DNA from: Horticoccus luteus
GTDB lineage: Bacteria > Verrucomicrobiota > Verrucomicrobiia > Opitutales > Opitutaceae
DNA length: 32,000 bases
Direction of reading: 5' to 3'
Assembly (NCBI RefSeq): GCF_019464535.1
Contig: NZ_CP080507.1
Coordinates: 1,350,001 to 1,382,000, forward strand
Position 1 is the first letter of the stretch. The number at the start of each line of letters is the position of its first letter. The notes beneath the pieces were generated by a model. It was given only the letters and a program-made list of their open reading frames with translations. It was not told the DNA's origin and did not search any database. Positions 1 to 9,247 of the stretch are shown piece by piece. The position numbers and the translations under genes were made by a program.

Positions 1-543
1 AAGACGGGCGACGAGGAGATCGATCTCGTGGTCTACAACCCGGCGTGGTCGCGGGAAGCGCGCCGGCCGGATTTTTTCCTCTTCGCGAGCGAGCTGCCGT
101 TGATCCAGCGCGCGGTGGTGTCGATCAAGCCGTGGCACACGAATGTGTTTACGCCCGGCATGCTGCGCAGCAGTCCGGAGATTTTCGCGTTTCTCGCGGC
201 GCAGGTGCAGAAGGAGGCGACGCGGTTCTTTTCGGCGGCATCGATCGAGGCGGAGGGCGGGGAATTGCTGAAGGTGCTCGTGCTGCCGAGCCTGCCGACG
301 GCGGAGCCGTTTCGCTCGCAGAGCGTGGAGTTGCTGAAGGAGCGCGGTGTGGACGCGATCATCTCATTTCGCGCGATGTTGCTGGACCTGCTGGAAGCGG
401 TGGAAGTGAACCAGAATTACAGCAAGAGCGACACGTTGCAGGTGTTGCGGCTGTTGAAGAATTACGACCTCGTGAAGGACGTGCAGCTCGACATGTTTCC
501 GGAGCGGGCGGCGCGCAAACCACGACCGCAAATTTCCCCATGA
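1..543 (+). CDS. hypothetical protein, 3' part of a gene starting upstream of the window
   Basis: Frame 1 is open from base 1 (KTGDEEIDLVVYNPAWS...) to TGA 541-543. The stop overlaps the lpxA ATG (ATGA 540-543). No family recognised by eye. Confidence 0.5.
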   Translation, partial: KTGDEEIDLVVYNPAWSREARRPDFFLFASELPLIQRAVVSIKPWHTNVFTPGMLRSSPEIFAFLAAQVQKEATRFFSAASIEAEGGELLKVLVLPSLPTAEPFRSQSVELLKERGVDAIISFRAMLLDLLEAVEVNQNYSKSDTLQVLRLLKNYDLVKDVQLDMFPERAARKPRPQISP

Positions 544-1292
544 TTCATCCTACGGCGATCATCGAAGCAGGCGCGCAATTGGGCGCGGAGTGCGAAGTGC
601 AAGCGTATGCCGTGGTGACGCGGCACGCGGTGCTCGGCGATCGCGTGATCGTGGGGTCCTTTGCGGTGATCGGCGGCGATCCGCAGCACCTGACCTTTGA
701 CCGGAGGATGGCGACGCAAGCGATCATCGGCGCCGGCACGGTGTTGCGGGAGCACGTGACGGTGAACCGCTCGATCTACGCCGATGGTCGCACCGTCGTG
801 GGCGAGAATTGTTATCTGATGACGGCGGCGCACGTCGCGCACGATTGTGTGATCGGCAACCATGTCGTGGTGGCGAACAACGTAATGCTGGCGGGCCACA
901 CGAGCGTGGGAGCGCACACGTTTGTCGGCGGCGGGGTGGCGGTGCATCAATTCACCCGCATCGGCGAGGGCGCGATGATCAGTGGCGTGGCGCGCGTGGC
1001 GCGCGATGCGGCGCCGTTTACCATGGTGGCGGAGCGCGACGAAGTGATCGGGCTGAATCTGGTGGGACTGCGGCGGCGGGGCGTGCCGCGCGCAAGCGTC
1101 GCAGAGTTAAAAACGGCGTTTCGCGAGGTGTATTTCACGGCCGGTAACATCCGGGAGACGGCGGCGCGGGCGCTGGAACAGGGGACGTATCAGACGCCGG
1201 AAGCGAGGCGGTTTCTGGAGTTTTTCACCTCGGGGAAGCGGGGCTTTGCGCGGGCCCGGCGGGAAGGTGGCGAAGAAGAGGCGCAGGAATGA
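540..1292 (+). CDS. lpxA: acyl-ACP--UDP-N-acetylglucosamine O-acyltransferase
   Basis: ATG 540 (MIHPTAIIEAGAQLG), 250 aa. Hexapeptide left-handed beta-helix repeats throughout (VIVGSFAVIGGDPQ, VIGNHVVVANNVMLAGHTSVGAHTFVGGG). LpxA-type C-terminal helical part (GLNLVGLRRRG...AFREVY). ATGA overlaps on both sides. Confidence 0.9.
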   Translation: MIHPTAIIEAGAQLGAECEVQAYAVVTRHAVLGDRVIVGSFAVIGGDPQHLTFDRRMATQAIIGAGTVLREHVTVNRSIYADGRTVVGENCYLMTAAHVAHDCVIGNHVVVANNVMLAGHTSVGAHTFVGGGVAVHQFTRIGEGAMISGVARVARDAAPFTMVAERDEVIGLNLVGLRRRGVPRASVAELKTAFREVYFTAGNIRETAARALEQGTYQTPEARRFLEFFTSGKRGFARARREGGEEEAQE

Positions 1293-2230
1293 GGCGCGTG
1301 GATTCGGGCGTGCAACGACTGGTTTTCACGTGTGGCGATCCGGCCGGTGTCGGGCCGGAGATCATCGCGGCGTGGCTGCGTGCGCATCCCGCGGAGGCGG
1401 CGGACGTGGCGGTGGTGGGTCCGGCGAAGTGGCTGGAGACGTTGCCCGGGTGTGGGGCGAAGATCACCGTGGGGTTGCCGGAATTTCACGCGACGCCGGG
1501 CGTGCCCACGGGGGAAGGCGCGCTCGTGGCGTGGGCGGCGATGGAACGCGCGGCGGCGGGGTGCAGCACAGGGGAATTCGCCGCGGTCGTGACGGCGCCA
1601 GTGAGCAAATTGCAGTTGGCGGAGATCGGTTATCCGTATCCGGGGCAGACGGAGTTTTTCGCCGCGCGCTGGGGGGGGGAGCCAGTCATGGCGTTTTGCG
1701 GTGGGCAGCTGCGCGTGGCGCTGGCGACGTGGCATGTGCCGCTGGTGGAAGTGCCGCAGTTGCTGGGGCCGCAGATGTTGCGGCGAACGATTGCGGCCGC
1801 GGATGCGCTGGCGCGGGCGGAAGGCGTGGCGGATCCGCGAATCGGCGTGTGCGGGTTGAATCCGCACGCCGGCGAGGGAGGCGTGCTGGGCAGGGAGGAA
1901 TGCGAGCTGATCGATCCGGCGTTGGATCAGATCCGGCGCGATTTCCCGGGTGTGTCGCGCTGCCAGCCCGGCGATACGTTGTTCGCGCGCCAGTTGCGCG
2001 GGGAATTCGATGTGATCGTCGCGCTTTACCACGATCAAGGGCTCGCGCCGTTGAAGGCGGTGGATTTTGACGAGGCGGTGAACGTGACGCTCGGCCTGCC
2101 GTTTGTGCGGACGAGTCCGGACCACGGGACGGCGTTTGGCCTTGCGGGAAAGGGCGTGGCCTCGGGCACGAGTTTCAGCAACGCGGTGCGCGTGGCGCGG
2201 CGCTTGCTAAACGCGAGGGCCGCGGGTTAG
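1289..2230 (+). CDS. pdxA: 4-hydroxythreonine-4-phosphate dehydrogenase
   Basis: 313 aa with PdxA motifs GDPAGVGPEI, GQTEFF, NPHAGEGG, LYHDQGLAPLK and TSPDHGTAF. The ATG overlaps the lpxA stop. Confidence 0.9.
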   Translation: MRRVDSGVQRLVFTCGDPAGVGPEIIAAWLRAHPAEAADVAVVGPAKWLETLPGCGAKITVGLPEFHATPGVPTGEGALVAWAAMERAAAGCSTGEFAAVVTAPVSKLQLAEIGYPYPGQTEFFAARWGGEPVMAFCGGQLRVALATWHVPLVEVPQLLGPQMLRRTIAAADALARAEGVADPRIGVCGLNPHAGEGGVLGREECELIDPALDQIRRDFPGVSRCQPGDTLFARQLRGEFDVIVALYHDQGLAPLKAVDFDEAVNVTLGLPFVRTSPDHGTAFGLAGKGVASGTSFSNAVRVARRLLNARAAG

Positions 2231-2242
2231 TTCGCGCGTTCC

Positions 2243-2629
2243 ATGGACTCTGTTGACGCCGTCACGCCGCCGCCCGCCGCTCCGCTTTATCGCGAAGGGA
2301 ACGAGAATCTCGTGCGGTTGACGCCGGAGGCCGGCGGGAAGGTGCGGGCGTTGATCGCGCGGGAGCAGCAAGGTGGGTTTTTGCGGATCGCGATCACTGG
2401 CGGTGGGTGCAATGGGCTGAGTTATAAATTGAAATTCACGCCCGAGGCCCGGCGTGGCGACATCCTCGTGCGTTCCGCGGAAGTGCCGGTGCTGGTCGAT
2501 TCAAAGACCGCGTTATACCTCAAAGGGACGGTGCTGGATTATTCCAACAAGCTGATAGCCGGCGGGTTCAAGTTCACTAATCCGAACGCCAAGGCGAGTT
2601 GCTCCTGCGGGGAGAGTTTTAGCGTCTGA
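2243..2629 (+). CDS. HesB/IscA-family iron-sulfur cluster insertion protein
   Basis: 128 aa with ITGGGCNGLSYKL and C-terminal CSCGESF (three conserved Cys ligands of A-type carriers). Confidence 0.85.
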   Translation: MDSVDAVTPPPAAPLYREGNENLVRLTPEAGGKVRALIAREQQGGFLRIAITGGGCNGLSYKLKFTPEARRGDILVRSAEVPVLVDSKTALYLKGTVLDYSNKLIAGGFKFTNPNAKASCSCGESFSV

Positions 2630-2719
2630 TGCGTGAATCCGGGAAAGTCCGGCTAAATAAGGATTGTCAACCCACACTTCCCCGGCGAGAACCGCGCACC
2701 TAATTCCACTCCAGACTTA

Positions 2720-3376
2720 TTGATGGCCAATTCTTTTCCTTCCGCTGGCGGCAACCGACCAGGGCATTATCAGCGCCGTAACACCGATCCGTTTGCGAAC
2801 ATCCGGCGCAATCATCGGATCAAGATTCCGCAGGTGCGCGTGATCAGCCCCGAGGGCAAGCAACTCGGGATCTTGGATACGTCGAAGGCGATCAACCTCG
2901 CGCTGGAGGTGGGCCTCGACCTCGTCGAGGTGGCACCCAACGCGACTCCGCCCGTCTGCCGGATCATGGATTTCGGCAAATACGTTTACGAGGAGCAGAA
3001 GAAGCACTCGAACGTCAAAGCGACGGCGAGCAAGATCAAGGAGATCGAGTTCACCGCGCGCATCGCGGACGGGGATTTTTTCACGAAGCTGCGTCACGCC
3101 GAACAGTTTCTTTCCCACGGCAACAAGGTGAAGCTGCGCTTGAAGTTTCGCGGCCGCGAGATGGCGCACACGGAGATTGGTTTCGCCGTCATGAAGCGCG
3201 CGCTCACGGAGTTGGAGGGCATGGGCCATCCGGATTCCGAAGCGAAGCTGATGGGCAAGCAGATCAACGTAATGGTCACGCCGCATCCGCCGAATAAACG
3301 TAAGCCCAAGTTCGATCTGGAGGGCGACTCAGCCGAGGAGGTTGAGGAAGAAGGCGGCGACGCCGAGCAGGAATAA
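2720..3376 (+). CDS. infC: translation initiation factor IF-3
   Basis: N-domain INHRIKIPQVRVISPEGKQLGI. C-domain KEIEFTARIADGDF...LKFRGREMAH. Acidic C-tail. Start is TTG 2720 or the adjacent ATG 2723. Confidence 0.9.
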   Translation: MMANSFPSAGGNRPGHYQRRNTDPFANIRRNHRIKIPQVRVISPEGKQLGILDTSKAINLALEVGLDLVEVAPNATPPVCRIMDFGKYVYEEQKKHSNVKATASKIKEIEFTARIADGDFFTKLRHAEQFLSHGNKVKLRLKFRGREMAHTEIGFAVMKRALTELEGMGHPDSEAKLMGKQINVMVTPHPPNKRKPKFDLEGDSAEEVEEEGGDAEQE

Positions 3377-3386
3377 GCAGACCGGG

Positions 3387-4439
3387 ATGGGGGCGGTGCC
3401 GCGGCGACTTCGTTCGCTCGCCTTTGGGCTGATCGGGGCCGCGCTGGCGCTGGTCGGCGCGCTGACGGCCACCGCAGCGCGCGCACCGGCGAGCCTGTGG
3501 CTGGACAAAGTCGAATATGTCGATGCGGCGTTGTTCGGGGCGAGTTTCGGCCTGACGTATCGCGAGACCAGCGCGCGGGAATTCTCGCTCACCAGCCAGT
3601 GGACGACGATCAAGGCCGAGGTGGGTTCGCGCGAAAGCGAAATCAACGGGCAACGGGTGTTCCTTGGCGAAGCGGTGCGCGTGAACCGCGGCCGGCCGCT
3701 TTTCAGCCGCATCGATGCGGACGCGTTGTTGACGCCCGTGCTGCGGCCGGGTGCAGATCAGGCGCGGATCCCGCGCGTGAAAACGATCGTTCTCGATCCG
3801 GGCCACGGCGGGCGGGATTCCGGCAAGGTGAACCCGCGGGTGAAGGTGCAGGAAAAAACGCTGGCGCTCGACACGGCGCAACGGGTGCAGCGCCTGCTCG
3901 CGAAGGACGGCTATCGCGTGGTGTTAACGCGGAGCAAGGATCGCTTCGTGGAGTTGGGCGACCGGCCGGACTTGGCGCGGCGGGTGCGCGCGGATTTGTT
4001 TATCAGTCTTCATTACAACTCGGTCGAGAGCGGCGCGGACCGCGTGACGGGTGTCGAGGTGTTCACGATGACACCGCAGCACCAATATTCGACGAGCGAT
4101 TCCGGACGGGATGACGATGCGTCGGCGCGGCAAGAGAATGCGGGCAACGCGAACGACCATTGGAACGCGTTGCTCGGCTACCGGGTGCATGGAGCGATGA
4201 TCGAAGCGCTCAAGGTGCCGGATCGCGGACTCAAGCGCGCCCGTTGGGCGGTGTTGCGGCTGGCGCCTTGTCCGGCGATTTTGATCGAGAGCGGATATTT
4301 GTCCAACGATGCCGAGGCGCGACGGATTGCCGACCCGGCGTATCGGCAGCGGATTGCGGTGGCGATCGCCACGGGGATTCGCGCTTACGCGAGAGTGCTC
4401 GACGGCATTGGGGCGCCGGGCCAAGCTCGGCGTCCATGA
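3387..4439 (+). CDS. N-acetylmuramoyl-L-alanine amidase (Amidase_3 type), secreted
   Basis: ORF 3342-4439. ATG 3387 was chosen because it lies after the infC stop at 3376 and gives a signal-like N-terminus (MGAVPRRLRSLAFGLIGAALALVGALTATAARA). Motifs IVLDPGHGGRDSG, DLFISLHYNS, PAILIESGYLSN. Confidence 0.85.
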   Translation: MGAVPRRLRSLAFGLIGAALALVGALTATAARAPASLWLDKVEYVDAALFGASFGLTYRETSAREFSLTSQWTTIKAEVGSRESEINGQRVFLGEAVRVNRGRPLFSRIDADALLTPVLRPGADQARIPRVKTIVLDPGHGGRDSGKVNPRVKVQEKTLALDTAQRVQRLLAKDGYRVVLTRSKDRFVELGDRPDLARRVRADLFISLHYNSVESGADRVTGVEVFTMTPQHQYSTSDSGRDDDASARQENAGNANDHWNALLGYRVHGAMIEALKVPDRGLKRARWAVLRLAPCPAILIESGYLSNDAEARRIADPAYRQRIAVAIATGIRAYARVLDGIGAPGQARRP

Positions 4440-5554
4440 CCTCACGCATGTTTCGGTGGATCGGTGTAATCGCTGCCGGCCTCGGTTTGGCGGGCGCGCT
4501 TCGGGCTTGGGATTACGAGGGCCACCGCATCGTCGAGCAGCTCGCGTTGACGGCGTTGCCGAAGGATTTTCCGGCGTTTGTGCAAGAGCCGGCGAATGCG
4601 GCGCGGATTGCATTCCTGGCCGGTGAGCCGGACCGCTGGCGCAACGTCGCGGATCTGCCGCTGCACCACGTGAACGGCATGAATCATTACCTCGATCTTG
4701 AGCAAGTGCCGGAGGCGGGACTCGACATCGCCACGCTGCCCTGCATGCGCTACGACTTCGCGCTGGCGTTTGCGGCGGGCCGCGCCGCGCACCCCGAAAA
4801 TTTTCCGCCGATCGACCCTGAGAAAAACACCGACCACTCGCGCGAATGGCCCGGTTTCGCACCGTGGACCATCGCGGAGTATTACGGCGAGTTGAAGTCG
4901 GTGTTTTCGTATTTGAAAGTGATGGAGGAGCTCGGCACGCCCGAGGAAGTGGCCAACGCGAAGGCGAACGCCGTGTATGTCATGGGGGTGATGGGACACT
5001 ACGTCGGCGATCTCGCGCAGCCGCTCCACACGACGATCCATCACAACGGGTGGGTGGGCGACAATCCCCAAGGCTACAGCCGCTGGCCCGGAATTCACTC
5101 GTGGATCGACGGCGGGTTCATTGCGAAAGCCAAGGTTAACACGGCGGAAATCGCGCCGCGCGTGCAGACCGTGGAACCGGTGGCGATGGCCGCGCGGGAA
5201 GACGGACGGGATCCGATGTTCGTGGCGGTGATGGATTTTCTCGTGGCGCAAAACAAGCTGGTCGAACCGCTCTACCAGTTGGAAAAGGAAGGGAAGCTCG
5301 GCCATGGCACGCAGCCGATCACACCGGAAGCCCGGGCGTTTATCGAGGGCCAGCTGCTGAAAGGCGGCGAAATGCTCGGCGCGGTGTGGCTCACGGCCTG
5401 GCGGGAAGCGGTGCCGGATGAATACCTGCGCGGACAACTCCTGAAGCGGAAGGACAAGCCGACGGTGGGAACACCGCGACGGGGAAAGCGGCGGCCGCGC
5501 GGCGCGGCGTCGGCACCCGCGCCGGCGGAGGTGCCCACGCAGCCGGGAGTTTAG
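4436..5554 (+). CDS. secreted S1/P1 nuclease-like (zinc phospholipase C fold) hydrolase
   Basis: ORF 4160-5554. ATG 4436 overlaps the amidase stop (ATGA). Signal peptide MTSRMFRWIGVIAAGLGLAGALRA is followed by a mature N-terminal Trp (WDYEGH). GHYVGDLAQPLHT resembles the HFxGDxxQPLH zinc site of S1/P1 nucleases. Basic Pro/Arg-rich C-tail. Confidence 0.65.
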   Translation: MTSRMFRWIGVIAAGLGLAGALRAWDYEGHRIVEQLALTALPKDFPAFVQEPANAARIAFLAGEPDRWRNVADLPLHHVNGMNHYLDLEQVPEAGLDIATLPCMRYDFALAFAAGRAAHPENFPPIDPEKNTDHSREWPGFAPWTIAEYYGELKSVFSYLKVMEELGTPEEVANAKANAVYVMGVMGHYVGDLAQPLHTTIHHNGWVGDNPQGYSRWPGIHSWIDGGFIAKAKVNTAEIAPRVQTVEPVAMAAREDGRDPMFVAVMDFLVAQNKLVEPLYQLEKEGKLGHGTQPITPEARAFIEGQLLKGGEMLGAVWLTAWREAVPDEYLRGQLLKRKDKPTVGTPRRGKRRPRGAASAPAPAEVPTQPGV

Positions 5555-5616
5555 TCTTGAAGCAGGGCGGGGCGGCGTCTGCTTTCGCGGGCGTGTCTGC
5601 CACCCAACCACTGTTG

Positions 5617-6477
5617 ATGCTCGGGCTGCCGAAAGGCAGTTTGGAGGAGTCCACCAAAAGCTTGTTTGCGAAAGCCGGCTGGAAAATCACGACCAGTTCG
5701 CGTTCGTATAAGCCGTCGATCAACGATCCGGAGCTGGATGGTCGCTTCATTCGCGCGCAGGAGGTCAGCCGTTACGTGGAGCACGGCTTCTTCGATTGCG
5801 GCCTGACGGGTTACGACTGGATTCAGGAAAACGGGTCGGACGTCGTTGAGGTGTGCGATTTGGTTTACAGCCGGGCCTCGGTCCTGAAATCGCGCTGGGT
5901 GCTGTGCGTGCCGGAGGCCTCGGACATCACGAAGCCGGAGCAGCTCGCAGGGAAGCGGGTGGCGACGGAGCTCGTGGGCACGGTGAAACGGTATTTCGAA
6001 AAGAAAGGCGTGTCCGTCGACGTGGAGTTTTCCTGGGGCGCAACCGAGGTGAAAGTCCCCGACTTGGTGGATGCGATCGTCGACATCACGGAGACGGGGA
6101 ATTCGATTCGCGCGAACAAGCTGCGCATCATCGATACATTGCTGGAAACGAACACGAAACTGATCGCGAACAAGGCGAGTTGGGCGAATCCGGCGAAGCG
6201 GAAAAAGATCGAGACGATCGCCCTGCTGTTGCGCGGCGCGTTGGAGGCCGAAAGCAAGGTGGGGCTGAAGATGAATCTGCCGCGCACGGCGCTGGATGGC
6301 GTCGTGAAGGCGCTGCCGTCGTTGCGCAATCCGACGATTTCTCAATTGAGCAATGTCGAATGGGTCGCGCTGGAGACGATCATCGACGAGAATGTGGCGC
6401 GGGAAATCATTCCGCAGCTCAAAGAACTCGGAGCGGAGGGAATTGTTGAATATCCGCTGAACAAGGTCGTGTATTAA
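5617..6477 (+). CDS. hisG: ATP phosphoribosyltransferase (long form with C-terminal regulatory domain)
   Basis: ORF 5557-6477. ATG 5617 gives the typical MLGLPKGSLEE start. Motifs DCGLTGYDW, DAIVDITETGNSIRANKL, and a HisG_C-like tail ending GIVEYPLNKVV. Confidence 0.9.
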   Translation: MLGLPKGSLEESTKSLFAKAGWKITTSSRSYKPSINDPELDGRFIRAQEVSRYVEHGFFDCGLTGYDWIQENGSDVVEVCDLVYSRASVLKSRWVLCVPEASDITKPEQLAGKRVATELVGTVKRYFEKKGVSVDVEFSWGATEVKVPDLVDAIVDITETGNSIRANKLRIIDTLLETNTKLIANKASWANPAKRKKIETIALLLRGALEAESKVGLKMNLPRTALDGVVKALPSLRNPTISQLSNVEWVALETIIDENVAREIIPQLKELGAEGIVEYPLNKVVY

Positions 6478-6480
6478 GGC

Positions 6481-7425
6481 ATGAAAAAGAGACGCACGAA
6501 TCTGCCGGGTGGCGCGGCCTACAGCCGGCCGGCGGTGGCGACGAAAACGGTCAAGCTCGGGCTGTTGCAACACGCCTGCTCGGGGGATGCGGCGGCGAAC
6601 TTGAAGACGACGCTCGCGCTGGCGGAAAAGGCGGCGAAACAAGGCGCCAACATCATCTGCACGCAGGAGCTGTTTTGTTCGCAGTATTTCTGCCAGAGCG
6701 AGGATCACGAAAATTTCAAACTGGCGGAGCCCATTCCCGGACCGAGCACCACGGCGTTTCAGAAGATCGCGAAAAAATATGGCGTGGTGATCGTGGCGTC
6801 GTTGTTCGAACGGCGGGCGAGCGGGCTTTATCACAACACCGCGGTGATCATCGATGCCGACGGTGCGCTGCTCGGCATTTACCGGAAGATGCACATCCCG
6901 GACGATCCGCTCTACTACGAGAAATTCTATTTCACGCCGGGCGACACTGGGTTTCGCGCGTGGGAAACGAAATTCGGCAAGATCGGCGTGCTCATCTGCT
7001 GGGACCAGTGGTATCCGGAAGGCGCGCGACTGACGGCGATGCAAGGGGCGGAGATTCTGTTCTATCCGACCGCGATTGGCTGGCATCCCGGCGAGAAGGC
7101 GGAATACGGCGAAAACCAGCACGGCGCATGGGAAACGATTCAGCGCAGTCACGCCGTGGCGAACGGTTGTTTCGTCGCGGCGGTGAACCGCATCGGCACG
7201 GAAGTGCTGAAGCCGGTGGGCGGCCCAGGCATCGAGTTCTGGGGGCAGAGTTTTGTCGCCGGCACCAGTGGCCAGATTCTCGCCAAGGCCAGTGCGGACA
7301 AAGAAGAAGTGCTGATCGTGCCGATCGAGCTCGGCAAAGTTGACGTGACGCGCACGCATTGGCCGTTTCTGCGCGACCGGCGGATCGATGCTTACGGCGA
7401 TCTGACCAAGCGTTTTATCGACTGA
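6481..7425 (+). CDS. aguB: N-carbamoylputrescine amidase (carbon-nitrogen hydrolase family)
   Basis: 314 aa. Nitrilase-superfamily E-K-C context (ICTQELF, YRKMHIPDDP, GVLICWDQWYPE). Highly AguB-like stretch YYEKFYFTPGDTGF. Followed directly by aguA. Confidence 0.85.
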   Translation: MKKRRTNLPGGAAYSRPAVATKTVKLGLLQHACSGDAAANLKTTLALAEKAAKQGANIICTQELFCSQYFCQSEDHENFKLAEPIPGPSTTAFQKIAKKYGVVIVASLFERRASGLYHNTAVIIDADGALLGIYRKMHIPDDPLYYEKFYFTPGDTGFRAWETKFGKIGVLICWDQWYPEGARLTAMQGAEILFYPTAIGWHPGEKAEYGENQHGAWETIQRSHAVANGCFVAAVNRIGTEVLKPVGGPGIEFWGQSFVAGTSGQILAKASADKEEVLIVPIELGKVDVTRTHWPFLRDRRIDAYGDLTKRFID

Positions 7426-7501
7426 GAATTTGCGGCGTCGGAACACCGGTGCGCGTGCGAACGCGTCCGGGCGGCCGCTGCAGACTCGCGTGCAACACTC
7501 C

Positions 7502-8569
7502 ATGGCAACTCGAAACTCCCGGCCCCGAAAATCAACCGCCACGCCGGCCGCGCTCGGCTTTCGCATGCCGGCGGAATGGGCGCCGCAGGCGGCCGTCTGG
7601 TTGTCGTGGCCGCACAAGCGTGCTTCGTGGCCCGGACAGTTTCGGCCCGTGCCGTATGCGATGGCGAAGATCGTCGCCGAGATCTCGCGACGTGAGGACG
7701 TGCGGATCAACGCGGCGGCGGCGTTGCACGCACGAGCGAAACGGTTGTGCACCGCAGCCGGAGCAGACATGGCGCGGGTGACGTTTTACGATCATCCGAC
7801 GAACGATGCGTGGTGTCGCGATCACGGCCCGATTTTCGTGAAGCACACGAAGACCGGGGAAGTGGCTTTGACCGACTGGCGCTACAATGCTTGGGGCGAC
7901 AAATATCCGCCTTACGATTTGGATAACGAGATCCCACCGAGCATCGCGCGGGCGTTGGAATTGCGCCGGTTCGAGAACGACATGGTGCTCGAAGGCGGGT
8001 CGATCGACGTCAACGGGGAGGGGCTGCTGCTGACGAGCGAGCAATGCCTGTTGAACAAGAATCGCAACCCGCAGCTCACCCGCGAAGAGATCGAGCAGAA
8101 CCTGCGCGATTTTCTGGGCGTGCAAACTGTGCTCTGGGTCGGCGATGGCATATTAGGCGACGACACGGACGGACACATTGACGACATCACGCGTTTCTTC
8201 CGCGCGGACGGTTTTATCACGTGTGTCGAAGCGAACCGGCGCGACGCCAATCACAAGATTCTCGAGGAGAATCTGGAGCGGTTGCGCGGTTTCCGGACGC
8301 CGGCGGGGAAGCGGTTTGAGATCGTCACACTGCCGATGCCGAAGCCGCTCGCGTTTCAGGGGCAGCGGGTGCCGGCGAGTTACGCGAATTTTCTGATCAT
8401 CAATGGCGCGGTGCTGGTGCCGACGTTCCAACAAAAGAAGCGCGATGCGGAAGCGTGCGAGATCATCGGTGACTGTTTTCCCGGGCGCGAGGTCGTGCCG
8501 ATCGACTGTTACCATTTGATTTGGGGCCTCGGGACCTTGCATTGTCTTTCGCAACAACAACCCGCCTGA
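7502..8569 (+). CDS. aguA: agmatine deiminase
   Basis: ORF 7430-8569; ATG 7502 chosen (MATRNS...MPAEWAPQ). Motifs WCRDHGPIF, EGGSIDVNGEG, DTDGHIDD, SYANFLIINGAVLVPTF, and catalytic Cys in GTLHCLSQQ. Confidence 0.9.
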   Translation: MATRNSRPRKSTATPAALGFRMPAEWAPQAAVWLSWPHKRASWPGQFRPVPYAMAKIVAEISRREDVRINAAAALHARAKRLCTAAGADMARVTFYDHPTNDAWCRDHGPIFVKHTKTGEVALTDWRYNAWGDKYPPYDLDNEIPPSIARALELRRFENDMVLEGGSIDVNGEGLLLTSEQCLLNKNRNPQLTREEIEQNLRDFLGVQTVLWVGDGILGDDTDGHIDDITRFFRADGFITCVEANRRDANHKILEENLERLRGFRTPAGKRFEIVTLPMPKPLAFQGQRVPASYANFLIINGAVLVPTFQQKKRDAEACEIIGDCFPGREVVPIDCYHLIWGLGTLHCLSQQQPA

Positions 8570-8571
8570 CC

Positions 8572-9060
8572 ATGCGCGCCTTATCGTTTCTCAGTGTTTG
8601 CTGCATCGCTTTTTTGTATGCCGGCTGCGAATCGGTATCGAACCGTGTCGCGCAACGTTTCACACCGGCGACCCCGCAGGTGAGGGATTACGCCAAACCG
8701 GCGCGCGACGTGTTTGAGGCGGCGCAACAGGCTTTCAAAACGTTGGACTTCACCGTGACACGCGCGGGGCAGGCGCAGGGCATTATCGAGGCGCACAGCC
8801 GCTTGTTGCCCGGCGCGGATTTCGGGAGCCACCGGCAGTTCGTGTTCAAGGTGCGATTCACGTCGCTCGAGCCGGCGCTCACCCGGGTCTCGGCGGTGCT
8901 CCAGCGGGATGAAGATGATCGGACCGCCTCAGGAGCCAACAGCGAAGATTTAAGCGTACACGGGTTGTATGATTCGTTTTTCGCGGCGCTGCAGCAGGAG
9001 CTGGGCGGTGCGCAACCGGTGGTCGGTCCAGGGGACAACCCGGTGGCGCAAAAAGACTAA
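8572..9060 (+). CDS. hypothetical lipoprotein
   Basis: ORF 8521-9060. ATG 8572 gives MRALSFLSVCCIAFLYAGC, i.e. a signal peptide plus lipobox (L-Y-A-G-C). No family recognised. Confidence 0.6.
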   Translation: MRALSFLSVCCIAFLYAGCESVSNRVAQRFTPATPQVRDYAKPARDVFEAAQQAFKTLDFTVTRAGQAQGIIEAHSRLLPGADFGSHRQFVFKVRFTSLEPALTRVSAVLQRDEDDRTASGANSEDLSVHGLYDSFFAALQQELGGAQPVVGPGDNPVAQKD

Positions 9061-9247
9061 CGGGAAAACGCGGCGCGGGTGGGGGACGGGTGCCGCGGAT
9101 GGCGGCGACGGCGGCGGCGCGGCAGAATTTGCGCTTGCGAGGCGGCTTTGACGCTGGGACGCTGACCCTTCGCGGTAGTTTATTGGTCGAGCTGGCGTCG
9201 CCGCGATGCTCCCGCCAGTTCATTCGTTAGTCCAACCGTTAACCCAC

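Noticed and set aside
2720-4439. infC is not followed by rpmI-rplT, and I looked for a non-canonical (AUU) start.
   Set aside because: The ORF has an ordinary in-frame ATG (2723) next to TTG 2720, and no in-frame ATT candidate stands out. Absence of rpmI-rplT downstream is a synteny difference and not evidence of anything unusual without a genome-wide view.
5551-7770. Very long ORFs antisense to, or overlapping, confidently assigned genes: 739 aa at 5551-7770, 540 aa at 9507-11129, 389 aa at 4442-5611, 311 aa at 1190-2125, 377 aa at 16872-18005, 357 aa at 19082-20155, 509 aa at 20602-22131, 291 aa at 30062-30937.
   Set aside because: Their translations are Arg/Pro/Ala/Gly-rich low-complexity strings with no recognisable motifs. 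Each lies opposite or out of frame with a gene carrying clear family signatures. Long stop-free alternative frames are expected in high-GC DNA.
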